NCBI GenBank assembly: GCA_038245295.1
Contig: JBBRSP010000004.1
Coordinates: forward strand, 64,001 to 128,000
Source of the DNA: Candidatus Binatia bacterium
GTDB lineage: Bacteria; Desulfobacterota; Binatia; HRBIN30
DNA length: 64,000 bases
Direction of reading: 5' to 3'
Shown: positions 33,825 to 44,079 of the stretch, piece after piece
Numbering within the stretch: position 1 is the stretch's first letter
Layout of the letters: each line of letters starts with the position of its first letter
The notes under the pieces: generated by a model
The model's database searches: none
Seen by the model: the letters and a program-made list of their open reading frames with translations, nothing else
Told to the model about the DNA's origin: nothing
Position numbers and translations under genes: made by a program

Positions 33825-35049
33825 TCCCAGCCACCTCCCTGAAGATGCGATCCAAATGTTCCGCTTCGGCGCGCAGCTGCGTCAAATCACGGATCGGGCG
33901 TGACTGCTTCAAGGCGCGCAAATCGTCGCGACCCAGGCGGTGGCTCCGCGCCAGTTGCGTCAACAGGACGTGGTCGCGCGCGTCATGGCGCAACCGCAGA
34001 GCGCGTCGCAGTCGCGCCAGCGTCGTCACGCGGTACGCGGCGAGCACCGCATCGAGATCATCGCTGCGCCGATACAACGCCGCCAGGGAGTCGACAAAAG
34101 TTCCGAGAACGGGTGCGCGGCGATCGAGCTCAACGACACTCCGCCGTGGCAGCGCCCGGCCCTGCCACATGAACAACAAGCCCAGCAGGATCAAGCTGAG
34201 GAAAAGCGGCAAAGCGCTCGACTCGAGTAGATAAAGGAGCGCGCTGTCGTGTCGACGAAAGCCGCGCTGGCGCTCGTCGAGCAATGGCGTCCCGAAGATT
34301 TGCGCCAGACCTACCGCAAACACCGCATTATCGGCGCGGGCCAGGAGCTCGTTGAGGAGGAAGCGATCGTCGGCAACGACCACCAGACGGCCGTCACCCA
34401 CGACCTGCTCGATGACAAAGGCCTTCCCGGCGAGACTAGCCGCGACGTGCCAGGGCTCGGTGGCCTCGTCGAAGGTATCCAAGCCGGGGGAATCGAGGTT
34501 GTACTCGCCCAATTCCCCGAGCAGCGACTCACTCCGGATGTGTACGGCCTCGTTGGGATTGGGAGATCCCGCATCGAGCCGGCCATGGGACGGCGTCACC
34601 ATCGGCGTCGCCCGTGCCGCCTGTAGGATTGCCTCATGTTCCCGCGGTGCCTTCAGGGGCGCCGGTTTCTCGTCGGTGCGTAGCGGCAACCGTCGACCGG
34701 CAATGGATTCGCAGCTCTGCAAGGACGTTTTCTCCAAGAACACTACGGCAGTGCCACCACGTCCGAGCCACGCCGTCCCGGGCCACGCGGCACCGTGAAG
34801 GTCGTCGCAGATCCCCGGCGCACCAACCCACCAAAGAGTTGCGCTCTCGGGCAGTGCTGATGAAGGCGCATAGTTGCGAGTCGCGGCTATCTCGAGTTGG
34901 CGCAACAGTTCGAGCACGGCACCGTGGCCGCGCGGCGTGACGCCGAAGGAACTCTCGGTAAACTCGCGGCCCGACGGCTGAAAGAGGATACCCAGGACCA
35001 GCGCCACGAGAACCAGGACGAACGCCGAGAGACGAGCGCGCGGGCTCAC
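33817..35049 (-). CDS. DUF4350 domain membrane protein
   Basis: N-terminal TM, G.GRLVVVAD..L.N..L..ADN, second TM, FV.SLA.LY; GTGA overlap. Confidence 0.8.
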   Translation of the reverse strand: MSPRARLSAFVLVLVALVLGILFQPSGREFTESSFGVTPRGHGAVLELLRQLEIAATRNYAPSSALPESATLWWVGAPGICDDLHGAAWPGTAWLGRGGTAVVFLEKTSLQSCESIAGRRLPLRTDEKPAPLKAPREHEAILQAARATPMVTPSHGRLDAGSPNPNEAVHIRSESLLGELGEYNLDSPGLDTFDEATEPWHVAASLAGKAFVIEQVVGDGRLVVVADDRFLLNELLARADNAVFAVGLAQIFGTPLLDERQRGFRRHDSALLYLLESSALPLFLSLILLGLLFMWQGRALPRRSVVELDRRAPVLGTFVDSLAALYRRSDDLDAVLAAYRVTTLARLRRALRLRHDARDHVLLTQLARSHRLGRDDLRALKQSRPIRDLTQLRAEAEHLDRIFREVAGNE

Positions 35050-35669
35050 TCGGCCTCCCGCAACATCTCGACGTGTAGATGCAAACGCCGCCATGCCTCA
35101 TAGAGCGTCGCGTCTTCCTGGCGATCACGAAACCATTGGCGTTCGAGTCGATTAACCAGAATGGTCATCTCGTCCCGCAAGGCTTCAGGAAGATCAGCCG
35201 TACGCAGCCGGCCACGCAACACACGGTTTGCATCGGAGCGTTGCAAATCGACGAGGCGGCGCCGCAGCAGCAGTTCAATCACGGCCAGCTGCACTTGGCG
35301 CGCCGCCGCCAGGAAATGCCCGGCTTGCGCCAGAGCCGCCGCGTCTTCGATCATCTCAGGCGCGGCAGTCGCCCCTAAGCCTCTTTTGTCGGCAGGTGGC
35401 CGGGCCGTCAGCGCCTGAACAATCGTGTAGCCGACGTGCACCAACAGCAGCAGGCTGATGAGCAGCAGCCCTGCCATGATGCTGTAGTAGAGATACGGCC
35501 GACTCGACTCGAAACTGTTGAGCCATCGGACCAGCTCGCGCAGCCAGCGCAGGACCCCTTGAAGTTCCCCGACGTCGAAAGAGCGCCATTCGGCATACGG
35601 CGAGCGTGAAAGGATGTAGTGCGCCGTCTGGCGGATGTGCTCGTCACGCGCGGGGTCGGCGGCCATCAT
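35046..35669 (-). CDS. DUF4129 domain membrane protein
   Basis: IL....Y N-terminus, single TM, A..G.F..A.R; position in the MoxR cluster. Confidence 0.7.
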   Translation of the reverse strand: MMAADPARDEHIRQTAHYILSRSPYAEWRSFDVGELQGVLRWLRELVRWLNSFESSRPYLYYSIMAGLLLISLLLLVHVGYTIVQALTARPPADKRGLGATAAPEMIEDAAALAQAGHFLAAARQVQLAVIELLLRRRLVDLQRSDANRVLRGRLRTADLPEALRDEMTILVNRLERQWFRDRQEDATLYEAWRRLHLHVEMLREAE

Positions 35670-35699
35670 CGTCGCGGCTCAGGATTCGTTGGCCTTGGC

Positions 35700-36470
35700 T
35701 CAGGCGACGAAGGGTCCGTCGGCTGCTGAACCATTCGTCGCCGCGGCGGCGCCGACGATCTCGGCGAGGTGCTGAATGTCGAACGCCTCCTTGCGACATC
35801 GGATGTCGTAATACAACACGACGGCAACGGCGCTGCTGAACATATGCTGCAAGACGGTGGGTATGGGGCCGAGGAATGCGCCCACCACAGGAATGGATCC
35901 TAGAATGGCGACGCCGGCACTCAGAACCAGAATGAGCAGCCCGGAGACGAACAGCACGCCCGACGCGCGTCCCATGTGTCCGCGCACCAACTCGCGACTA
36001 CGTCGCAATGCCGCCATCCCGAAGCGACGCTCGACGACGCACACCTGATTGCTCAGCATCAAAGCCATCATCAGATAGAGTCCGGGGATGACCAGCAAGA
36101 AGAAGCCGAAAGCCGTCATCAGGAAGGCGAGGATGGCGGTACCGATCAGGGGTAGAATGATTGCGATCGAGGTATTCAAGCTGTCGCGCGCCGATGGCGT
36201 GCGGCCAACAAACACTTCGGAGATCGCATACGTTATGGCAGCGCTGACAATCGGCGCGACGATCAGATAGCTCAACGCCGCACCGACCAAACCGAGGCTC
36301 AAGCCTACTCCCATGGCCGCGGGATTGCCTGGCGTCAAAATCTGGAAAGTAACCAGCACGGCGTACAGCGGCAGCGCAACCGTCGCGAGCAACGCGAAAT
36401 GATCCCGGCAAAGGCGAAACCCGAGATCGAGAATTTCACCGAACGAGCGGGCGCGAACTTCGTAACTCAT
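35700..36470 (-). CDS. Membrane protein (GPDPase membrane-anchor-like) of the MoxR cluster
   Basis: R..GEILD..F, ALRRS..LV.G, YYDIRCRKE.FD. Confidence 0.8.
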   Translation of the reverse strand: MSYEVRARSFGEILDLGFRLCRDHFALLATVALPLYAVLVTFQILTPGNPAAMGVGLSLGLVGAALSYLIVAPIVSAAITYAISEVFVGRTPSARDSLNTSIAIILPLIGTAILAFLMTAFGFFLLVIPGLYLMMALMLSNQVCVVERRFGMAALRRSRELVRGHMGRASGVLFVSGLLILVLSAGVAILGSIPVVGAFLGPIPTVLQHMFSSAVAVVLYYDIRCRKEAFDIQHLAEIVGAAAATNGSAADGPFVA

Positions 36471-36537
36471 CGACGATCTCCCCCTTGTCGGGTCGGAGTT
36501 ACTGGATTCGCCCCACCAACGCCAATGCAAACTTGCA

Positions 36538-37938
36538 TCAACCTGGGTGCACCATTTGCGCCGGCACAACCGCCTTGTCGAACGCGTCAGTCGTCATGAG
36601 GCCCAGCTCGACAACACTGTCGCGCAGGGTGAGGCCCTTCTCGTAAGCGTGTTTGGCCACTCTCGCTGCGTTGTCGTAGCCGATCAACGGGTTCAGAGCC
36701 GTTACCAACATCAGCGACTTGCGCAGCAGCTCGTCGACGCGTGCCGTGTCGACATCAAGCCCGACGATGCAATGGGCGCGGAACGAATCACACGCATCGG
36801 CGAGCAGGCCAATCGACTCCAAGACGTTATGGATGATCACCGGCTTGAAGACGTTGAGCTCGAAGTTGCCCTGCGAGCCTGCAATGGCGACGGCTGTGGC
36901 GTTGCCCATCACCTGCACACACACCATGGTGAGCGCCTCGCACTGGGTTGGATTGACCTTACCCGGCATGATCGAGCTACCCGGTTCGTTCTGCGGCAGC
37001 TTGAGCTCGCCGATGCCGCAGCGTGGACCGCAGCCGAGCCAGCGGATGTCATTGGCGATCTTCATCAGACCCGTGGCCGTGGCCTGCAACGCGCCGGACA
37101 GGAAGACCAAGGCGTCGTGCGCCGCCAGGCTGGCGAATTTGTTGGGAGCGGTTTTGAACGGCAGCCCGGTTTCCATGGCGATCTTGACGGCGACGCGCTT
37201 GGCGAAGGCGCGGGGCGCGTTGAGTCCGGTACCCACCGCCGTACCACCGAGGGCCAGTTCGTAAACCCCGGGCAGCGCATTCTTGACGGCGCGGCGCGCG
37301 TCCTTGAGTTGTTGCACGTAACCGGAGAACTCCTGCCCAATGGTCAACGGCGTCGCGTCCTGCAGATGCGTCCGACCGATTTTGACGATGCGTTTCCAGG
37401 CCACTGACTTCTTCGCAAGCTCGCCTTCGAGTTTTTCCAGCGCCGGGAGAAGGCGATGCGCCGCCTGCTCCGCCGCGGCAATGTGCATGGCGGTGGGAAA
37501 CGCATCGTTCGAAGATTGCGATCGATTGACGTGATCGTTCGGATGGATCGGCTTCTTGCTACCGAGCTGGCCGCCGAGAATCTGGATGGCGCGGTTGCTG
37601 ATGACTTCGTTGGCGTTCATGTTTGATTGCGTCCCGGAGCCGGTTTGCCAGACCACCAGAGGGAAGTGATCATCCCACGTACCGGCAACGACTTCATCGG
37701 CCGCACGCAGCATGGCTTGCTGCTGGCGCTTATTGAGCACCCCCAACTCGCCGAGCTCGATGTTCGTGAGTGCGGAGCACTTCTTGACGATTCCGAGGGC
37801 CCGAATCAGTGCCCGCGGGAAGCGATGGCCACCGATCTTGAAATGTTCGAGCGAGCGCTGCGTCTGCGCCCCGTAGAGCATCTCGCTTGGAACCTCGATC
37901 GCGCCGAAGGAATCTGTCTCCGTCCGAGTTGGCTTCAT
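36538..37938 (-). CDS. fumC: Class II fumarate hydratase
   Basis: [35 protein letters not shown]. Confidence 0.98.
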   Translation of the reverse strand: MKPTRTETDSFGAIEVPSEMLYGAQTQRSLEHFKIGGHRFPRALIRALGIVKKCSALTNIELGELGVLNKRQQQAMLRAADEVVAGTWDDHFPLVVWQTGSGTQSNMNANEVISNRAIQILGGQLGSKKPIHPNDHVNRSQSSNDAFPTAMHIAAAEQAAHRLLPALEKLEGELAKKSVAWKRIVKIGRTHLQDATPLTIGQEFSGYVQQLKDARRAVKNALPGVYELALGGTAVGTGLNAPRAFAKRVAVKIAMETGLPFKTAPNKFASLAAHDALVFLSGALQATATGLMKIANDIRWLGCGPRCGIGELKLPQNEPGSSIMPGKVNPTQCEALTMVCVQVMGNATAVAIAGSQGNFELNVFKPVIIHNVLESIGLLADACDSFRAHCIVGLDVDTARVDELLRKSLMLVTALNPLIGYDNAARVAKHAYEKGLTLRDSVVELGLMTTDAFDKAVVPAQMVHPG

Positions 37939-38035
37939 AGGGCTCCTTCGTACGCCACAACCGGGGCGCGACGCCACCCAGTGAATCCAGCCTCGGCTTG
38001 CCCGCGCGACCATGCCGGTGGTATCGCCGCACATC

Positions 38036-40354
38036 ATGCGACTCGAAGCCCCCCGTCAATCGAAGCATCGCGCCCGAAAGCGCGTGGTAGCTCTGTGCCT
38101 CCTCTTGTTCGTTGTCGCCGGCTGCGGCGACGACGGGGAATCGGCCCGCCGCGTCGACGAGCCATACATCCCGATCGCCGGTGCGCCGGTCACCTTTCAA
38201 CCAGCGGCCACCGGTGCGACGGCCTTCGGCGAGATCCCTTGGCCGAGTGATCTCTATCGTGACGCAACGAGCGCCAGTCTCAAGGCTGTGCCCGGGCTCG
38301 AGCGCGTCGCCCGCTTCCCCAACAAGCTCACCCAGGGTCTGGCAGCGCTAGACGGCTTCGGGCGATCAACCGGTGGGTTGTTCTTCTTGGACGACGCCGT
38401 TGATCCGCAGAGCTTGCCGTCCACCTGGAGCGCAGCGACCCAAGCGACAGCAAGCGCGTTCCTGGTCGACGTCGACGCGACATCGCCCCAACGCGGCAAA
38501 CGTTATCCAGCCTATGCCAAGTATCTCCCCTCGCTCGGCTGCGTGTCGGTGATCCCGGTGCCCGGGATCGTACTGCCTCCCGGACGACGGCATGCCGCCC
38601 TTCTCACAACCCGGGCTCGGGCGGCGGATGGCATGCCGTTGGTCGCCGACGTGGAGCTGCAGCGCATCGCGGCGTTGTCGGCGGCGCAGCGCCTAAGCGA
38701 AGTCGAGCGCCTTTACGGCGACGCGATGGAAACACTCGTGGAAACACAGGCGGTGGCGCACAAGAACGAGGTTGCTGGCCTTGCCGTGTTCACGACATCG
38801 CGGCGTGTTTTCGAGATGCCCGCGCTGCGTGCGCAATTACACGCGCAGCCGGCGCCGCAGCTCATTCTCACCGCAGCGGGGGCGGCACCTTACACGACGG
38901 CGGTGTTTGGCCGCACGGCAACCCCGTCGCTCGACGATTGGTTCGGCGACTCTCCGGAGCGCGACGAGAACGACCGAGAGTGGCCAGGCGGCGACAATCC
39001 CGGCGGCATTGCGCACGACCAGATCGGCGTGATCGCCTCCGGCGCGCTCGTGGCGCCGAGCTTTCTGAGTCGCTCGACGCATCACTTTGAACGCGCGGCC
39101 ACGAACAACAGCTTCATGATCGCCGACGCGAACGCAAAGATTCCCGTCACCATGGTGGTCCCGCGCGCCCCGGCACCGGCCGGCGGTTACCCGGTTGTGA
39201 TCCACGGGCACGGGCTCAGCAACCATCGCGGCAGCATGCTCGGCGTTGCCAACGAGCTGGCACGCGCCGGCTTTGTGATGATCGGCATCGACGACGTGCT
39301 GCACGGAGCGCGCCTCGGCATCCGCGATACCCACAACAACTTCGGCGGTGCCTATCAGGGGCCCGACGGCATCCCGGACGATGTTGGTTTGCCGATCGCC
39401 TTTTTCAGCGGCTTCAACGACTTCGTCGCGATCCGCGATAACTTCCGCCAATCGGTTCTCGACCACAGCAGCCTGGTACGCCTGATCCAGAATGCCAACC
39501 TCGACCTGACGGCATTGGCAGCGGCCAACGGCGGCGTGACGCCGAAGCTCGACTCGCAGCGGATTTATTGGAGTGGTGGTTCGCTCGGCGGCATCATGGG
39601 ATCGATGACCATCGCCATCGAACCGGAGATCCATGCGGCGGCGCTGCAAGTACCCGGTGCGGGCTTCATTCAATTCATCACCACCAGCTCAGCGCAGCTG
39701 GCCCCATTGGTGGCGCAGCTCGCCGATGGTGTCCTCGGCGTGCAAGGCAGCGAAGTCCTCGATGAGTTTCATCCGTTGGCAACGCTGCTTGGGGCAATTA
39801 CCGAAGCCGGCGACCCGATCGCCTACGCACCGCATGTGTTGCATGACCCATTGTCGCCGGAACGCAAACCGATCGACATCCTGGTCAGCTACGCAGCGTA
39901 CGATGAGGTCCTTCCAAACATCGCGACCGTTGCCCTGATACGCGCCTTCGGGCTTGCCTTGGCGTCACCCAACCTCGTCGAGTTGCCCGGTATCCCTACC
40001 CTGCCAGCACCCATCGTCGCGAATCTGGCGAGCGGCAAAACCGGAGCGGCAGTGCAGTATCTGCCGGCCAATCACGGCCTCGGCTACGCGCGCTTCGACA
40101 CACGCGAGTTTCTTCCCGGCTTCCCGAGTGATGGACCCGATCGCTTCCCGAAGCTGAAGAATAAATTCACCTTCGAGCAGCCGGTGCGCGAGCACCTGGC
40201 GCAACTTGTAACGTTCCTTGGTGAGGTAACCGGAGGCCGACCTGGCCGCATCGAGGTGACCAAGCCGGCGCGTCCGGACTACGACGGGGACGGCGTCCTC
40301 GACGCCGATGAGATGGCGCATGGGACGGATCCGGCGGATCCGGAGAGCCACTGA
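38036..40354 (+). CDS. Lipoprotein alpha/beta-hydrolase (Pla-1/Cef extracellular lipase-like) with C-terminal Ca-binding repeat
   Basis: Lipobox VAGC, PWPSD, DGF, HGHG, RDNFRQ, GGSLGG, DYDGDG..D..E...GTDP. Confidence 0.8.
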   Translation: MRLEAPRQSKHRARKRVVALCLLLFVVAGCGDDGESARRVDEPYIPIAGAPVTFQPAATGATAFGEIPWPSDLYRDATSASLKAVPGLERVARFPNKLTQGLAALDGFGRSTGGLFFLDDAVDPQSLPSTWSAATQATASAFLVDVDATSPQRGKRYPAYAKYLPSLGCVSVIPVPGIVLPPGRRHAALLTTRARAADGMPLVADVELQRIAALSAAQRLSEVERLYGDAMETLVETQAVAHKNEVAGLAVFTTSRRVFEMPALRAQLHAQPAPQLILTAAGAAPYTTAVFGRTATPSLDDWFGDSPERDENDREWPGGDNPGGIAHDQIGVIASGALVAPSFLSRSTHHFERAATNNSFMIADANAKIPVTMVVPRAPAPAGGYPVVIHGHGLSNHRGSMLGVANELARAGFVMIGIDDVLHGARLGIRDTHNNFGGAYQGPDGIPDDVGLPIAFFSGFNDFVAIRDNFRQSVLDHSSLVRLIQNANLDLTALAAANGGVTPKLDSQRIYWSGGSLGGIMGSMTIAIEPEIHAAALQVPGAGFIQFITTSSAQLAPLVAQLADGVLGVQGSEVLDEFHPLATLLGAITEAGDPIAYAPHVLHDPLSPERKPIDILVSYAAYDEVLPNIATVALIRAFGLALASPNLVELPGIPTLPAPIVANLASGKTGAAVQYLPANHGLGYARFDTREFLPGFPSDGPDRFPKLKNKFTFEQPVREHLAQLVTFLGEVTGGRPGRIEVTKPARPDYDGDGVLDADEMAHGTDPADPESH

Positions 40355-40363
40355 CGCAGCTAT

Positions 40364-40620
40364 TTACGCCGCAGCTCGAAGCCCGCGTGCCTGGTGGGTA
40401 TCGATGTGGGCCGCAAGCTGTCGGCCGAAGTCGCGCGACAGAGCCTCGGTCTTCGTATGGATCGAGAAGGATGCAACCTAGCGCCTCCTGGCGCAGATAG
40501 CGCAGCGCGTCTTCACCACCTGCCGCCGTGGCGACGCGGAACCCTGCCTTGCGCAGCCAGATCGACAGGATCAACCGAACATCGGCATTGGCGTCCACTA
40601 CCGAACGGCGGTTGGGTGAA
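40364..40620 (-). pseudogene. Degenerate response-regulator receiver remnant
   Basis: VVDANADVRLILSIWLRKAGFRVATAAGGEDALRYLRQEALGCILLD matches the first half of a REC domain, then similarity is lost. Confidence 0.55.
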
Positions 40621-40736
40621 ATGCCCGTTCGCTGCACCCCGCCTCGCCCCCCGCAGGCTTGCACGGACGCATCGGCACGGCATATCTGCCGACCTACCAA
40701 GCGGCGAGCAATGCCAATCCTACGCGCCGAAGCTTG

Positions 40737-41330
40737 TCACGCCGCCGCTGTGAGCGCCGTGTAGATCGTACGCTTCGGAGCGGCGCAGACGCGGTGTAGC
40801 ATCGGCTCGAAGAACGACAGGGGCGCCGTCTCGGCTTTCGGGTTGAAGGCCGGGCCGTCGTACCTGGAACAAAACTCGGCGGTGGACTCGAAGTTGGGAT
40901 GGCCGCGGAACTGCTCGCGCATGTCGCGATCCATGCCGAGGTGGTGAAAGAAGTAGTAGCCCTGAAAGATGCCGTGCTTCTCGACCATCCAGAGGTTCTG
41001 TTCGGACACAAACGGCTTGAGAATCGCCGCGGCGATGTCGGGGTGATTGAACGAGCCAAGCGTATCGCCGATGTCGTGCAACAGGGCACAGACGATGTAC
41101 TCTTCGTCGCGTCCATCACGATGCGCCAGCGTCGCCGTCTGCAACGAATGCGTCAGACGATCGACCGGGAAGCCGCCGTAGTCGCCGTCCAGCAGCCGCA
41201 GGTGTGCGAGCAGACGGTCTGGCAGGCCCTGCGAGAAGCGAATGAACTCGGCGCCGATCGCCATCCAGTCCGTCTGCGTGCTCGCTTCCATCGAGGTGAA
41301 CTCTGCGCGTGGTGCCGATACGTCGCTCAT
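40737..41330 (-). CDS. HD-domain metal-dependent protein (PhnZ/TmpB-like subgroup)
   Basis: HSLQTAT, ALLHDIGD, NH, KHG.FQ, YD. Confidence 0.8.
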   Translation of the reverse strand: MSDVSAPRAEFTSMEASTQTDWMAIGAEFIRFSQGLPDRLLAHLRLLDGDYGGFPVDRLTHSLQTATLAHRDGRDEEYIVCALLHDIGDTLGSFNHPDIAAAILKPFVSEQNLWMVEKHGIFQGYYFFHHLGMDRDMREQFRGHPNFESTAEFCSRYDGPAFNPKAETAPLSFFEPMLHRVCAAPKRTIYTALTAAA

Positions 41331-41442
41331 TGAGTGTCTCCTTGGCGCCTCGCCCTGCGTGGCCGAGGCGCCCGAGCGTCCATACAGTGACAGCACTTCC
41401 GGGTCCACTCTCCTTTGCCTGAATCGTTCTCCGCGCGATGCG

Positions 41443-43821
41443 TCAGTCACCACCCTCGCCCTCGCCTCGTGGGGTTGGCGTCGGGGTGCGCGTCCACTGG
41501 GGCGCCCGTGTTGGCGTGGAAGTGCGCCGCAGCGTCGCCGTCAGTGTTGGTGTTAGCGTTGGCGTCGAGGTTCGGCGCTGGGTCGCCGTCAGTGTTGGCG
41601 TTGGCGTCGAGGTTCGGCGCTGGGTCGCCGTCAGTGTTGGCGTTGGCGTCGAGGTTCGGCGCTGGGTCGCCGTCAGTGTTGGCGTTGGCGTCGAGGTTCG
41701 TCGCGGGGTGACGGTTGGAGTTGTTGGCGTCGATGTCCGGCGGAGGGTCGGTGTCGAGGTTCGCGGCGCGGTCGGACTGGCAGTCGTTGATCGTGTTGGC
41801 GTGCGGACAGCGGTCGCTGTCGACGTCGCTACCGGCGGCACGCTCGCCGTCGGCGTCGCGGTCGGCCCGGCACTACCACCGACGGAGACCGAAACGGTTC
41901 CGAGGTTGGAATCCGTCGATCCGTCCCACGCGGCGAACGTGAAAGCGTCGCTGCCGCTGAAGCCGGCGTCGGGGAAGAAGGTCGCTTGCTTGCCAATCAA
42001 GCCAACCGTGCCGTGGCTCGGCTGCGTCACGATGCGCAAAGTCAGCGCATTGCCGTCGGCGTCCGCAGCGCGCAGCATCAACCCGGCCGGCGTGTTGATC
42101 GGCGTGCTGATCGACGCGTTGCTCACCACCGCCGCGCGGTTCGGATTCGCGTTCTCGCTCGATGGACCCTGGTGGCAGGTGTAACAACCGACTTGGAAGC
42201 CGCGCCACAAGTACTTGGTGCCAAACTCGGTGCTCAGCATGCGGTCGCCCTGCGAGCGCGACAGCACCGTGCCGCGATAGTCCTGCCCGTGACATCCCTG
42301 GCATTGCGACGCGCCGCCGCTCTCGACCGCATTCGGGTGCTGCTGGACCCACGTGCTGCCCACCGGATGCATCCCATGCGGCCCGCCGCTGACGGTATTG
42401 GGTTGCGTCGCGTGACAGCTCGTACATTCCGCCAGCATGCCGACGTGGCCCTGGTGCTCGATACTCTGGATGTTGTCGTTCGGGTGCAGCGCCGGGAACT
42501 CGGCGTGCGTCGATCCGTGGCAGCCTTCGCACTTCACGCCGCCGTGGCCGGTGGAGAAGCGGTATAGGTTGAGCCCCGCCGCCGGCGTGTCGCTGTTGGT
42601 GGCGAACGTCTGGTTCACCGCGACGCGCGGCTGCCCCGCGTTGTCGAAAATCGATGTGTAGCGGATCTGGCCGTTGTTGTTGGTCGCCGTGCCGCTGTGG
42701 CAGCTCTGGCAGCTCGGTTCGTTGAGCCATCCGGTGCGATTCGGCGAAGCGACCTGCGCCATGGTGCCGTGGCAGCTCTGGCACTGCATGGAGAGGGTTC
42801 CGTCGGCCGCCACCGCCGCTCCCATGGCGCCGCGCAGGCAGCGCGTCGCCGATCCCGGATGGCATTGGTAACAAGCCGTGCGGCCACTGCTGCCCTGATC
42901 AAGCCATTGATGGCGGCTGTGAATCGCTTGCGTCAGCGGCTTGATTCCGGCGCGGCCGCTGCCCGGTAGCGCTTCCGACAAGTGACAGCTGGCGCACAGA
43001 ATCGACGTCCCGCCGCGTGCCGTCGCTTCCAGGCCACTGGGGTCGTAGGCCGCTTGCGCCAGGGCATTCTGGTAGAGCGGATCGTAGGCGTTACGGTCGT
43101 CGTGAAGGCGCAGAACGTTGAGTCGAAAGTCGCGCTCCGGATCGGCCTCGTGAGCCCAGCCAGAGGACGGCACGGCGCCGCTGGTCGAATCGGAGCTGTG
43201 GCAGCCTTTGCAATTCATCTCGTCCGAAACGGGCAGAACAATATCGAGAGAGGCGAGCAAGCTGCCGCTGCTGTCGCGCGCCACCAGACGCATCATGGGA
43301 TAGTAGTTCTTGTGACCGGCGTCGTCGTACGGCGTGATCGGAATGCCTTCGGCGATGAACCACTTCGAGGCCGGGTCCCAGGTCATGACCTGCGGCACGT
43401 TGCCGCTGCCCGGCATGTTCTTTCCGGCCAGACCGGCATTCGTCGTGGTTGGAGCGCCGGCACCGAACAGCTGTCGCGTGTGGTCCCAGAAGTTGGTCTT
43501 GCCGGCCGACGTCGTGTTGATCGATCCGGTGGGGTCGCTGACCGCTTCATAGGTGACACGGAGCCCGGCCGTCGTCGGATCGGTGATCAGCGTGCCTTGC
43601 GGGTCGATGAGTTGTGCGTGGATGGTGTTGTACGGCGGCAGAATGGAGAACAACTGGTAATCGGCATCCATGCAGTGCATGCCGAGATTGTTCCAGCCTA
43701 CGAGCTTCCAGTTGGCGGCAGCTGCCGGCGTTACACCGAGGAGGCAGCCGGCCAACAGGACCAGCGCGAGCTGTTGTGCCGAAAATCGAGCCTGTCGCGT
43801 TGTCGAATGGTGTTGTTGCAT
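41443..43821 (-). CDS. Secreted multiheme cytochrome c (9 CxxCH) with Ig-like domain and Thr/Pro/Arg tail
   Basis: CKGCH, CASCH, CYQCH, CQSCH x2, CEGCH, CTSCH, CQGCH, CYTCH; WNNLGMHC N-terminal domain; DADG..LT..P.HG..F.G.D.FT Ig-like domain. Confidence 0.9.
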   Translation of the reverse strand: MQQHHSTTRQARFSAQQLALVLLAGCLLGVTPAAAANWKLVGWNNLGMHCMDADYQLFSILPPYNTIHAQLIDPQGTLITDPTTAGLRVTYEAVSDPTGSINTTSAGKTNFWDHTRQLFGAGAPTTTNAGLAGKNMPGSGNVPQVMTWDPASKWFIAEGIPITPYDDAGHKNYYPMMRLVARDSSGSLLASLDIVLPVSDEMNCKGCHSSDSTSGAVPSSGWAHEADPERDFRLNVLRLHDDRNAYDPLYQNALAQAAYDPSGLEATARGGTSILCASCHLSEALPGSGRAGIKPLTQAIHSRHQWLDQGSSGRTACYQCHPGSATRCLRGAMGAAVAADGTLSMQCQSCHGTMAQVASPNRTGWLNEPSCQSCHSGTATNNNGQIRYTSIFDNAGQPRVAVNQTFATNSDTPAAGLNLYRFSTGHGGVKCEGCHGSTHAEFPALHPNDNIQSIEHQGHVGMLAECTSCHATQPNTVSGGPHGMHPVGSTWVQQHPNAVESGGASQCQGCHGQDYRGTVLSRSQGDRMLSTEFGTKYLWRGFQVGCYTCHQGPSSENANPNRAAVVSNASISTPINTPAGLMLRAADADGNALTLRIVTQPSHGTVGLIGKQATFFPDAGFSGSDAFTFAAWDGSTDSNLGTVSVSVGGSAGPTATPTASVPPVATSTATAVRTPTRSTTASPTAPRTSTPTLRRTSTPTTPTVTPRRTSTPTPTLTATQRRTSTPTPTLTATQRRTSTPTPTLTATQRRTSTPTLTPTLTATLRRTSTPTRAPQWTRTPTPTPRGEGEGGD
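41556..41700 (-). repeat. Perfect 42-bp tandem repeat (3.5 copies) encoding RRTSTPTPTLTATQ
   Basis: Unit GCGTTGGCGTCGAGGTTCGGCGCTGGGTCGCCGTCAGTGTTG at 41556, 41598, 41640, partial at 41682. Confidence 0.95.
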
Positions 43822-43850
43822 GGGCGTTGTCACTCCTCATACGAGAGGAA

Positions 43851-43866
43851 AGCAACGCGCGTGCCC
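43851..43866 (-). promoter_or_regulatory. Sigma-54 (-24/-12) promoter of the multiheme cytochrome
   Basis: GGGCACGCGCGTTGCT versus consensus TGGCACG-N4-TTGCW, 30 bp above the ATG. Confidence 0.75.
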
Positions 43867-44079
43867 AGGCGACGATCGGCATGGGCCTCGAATTTATGGG
43901 ACTCGGGGGCGGGAGATCAGGGTCGGGCTGCAGGATCTTGCGCGTGGGGCGCCAGAAACTGCGGACGAAGGAGCCGCGTGGCTGGTGGCCGCGCGGCGGA
44001 GACGCATGCGGTCTCCGCCGCTGTAACCGCAGATGGAAGAATCACGGGCGACGCGACGCCTGCGCCCTGATCCGCACCA

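Noticed and set aside
41556..41700. CRISPR array
   Set aside because: The repeats are head-to-tail with no spacers, are a multiple of 3 and lie in frame within a CDS; no cas genes are present
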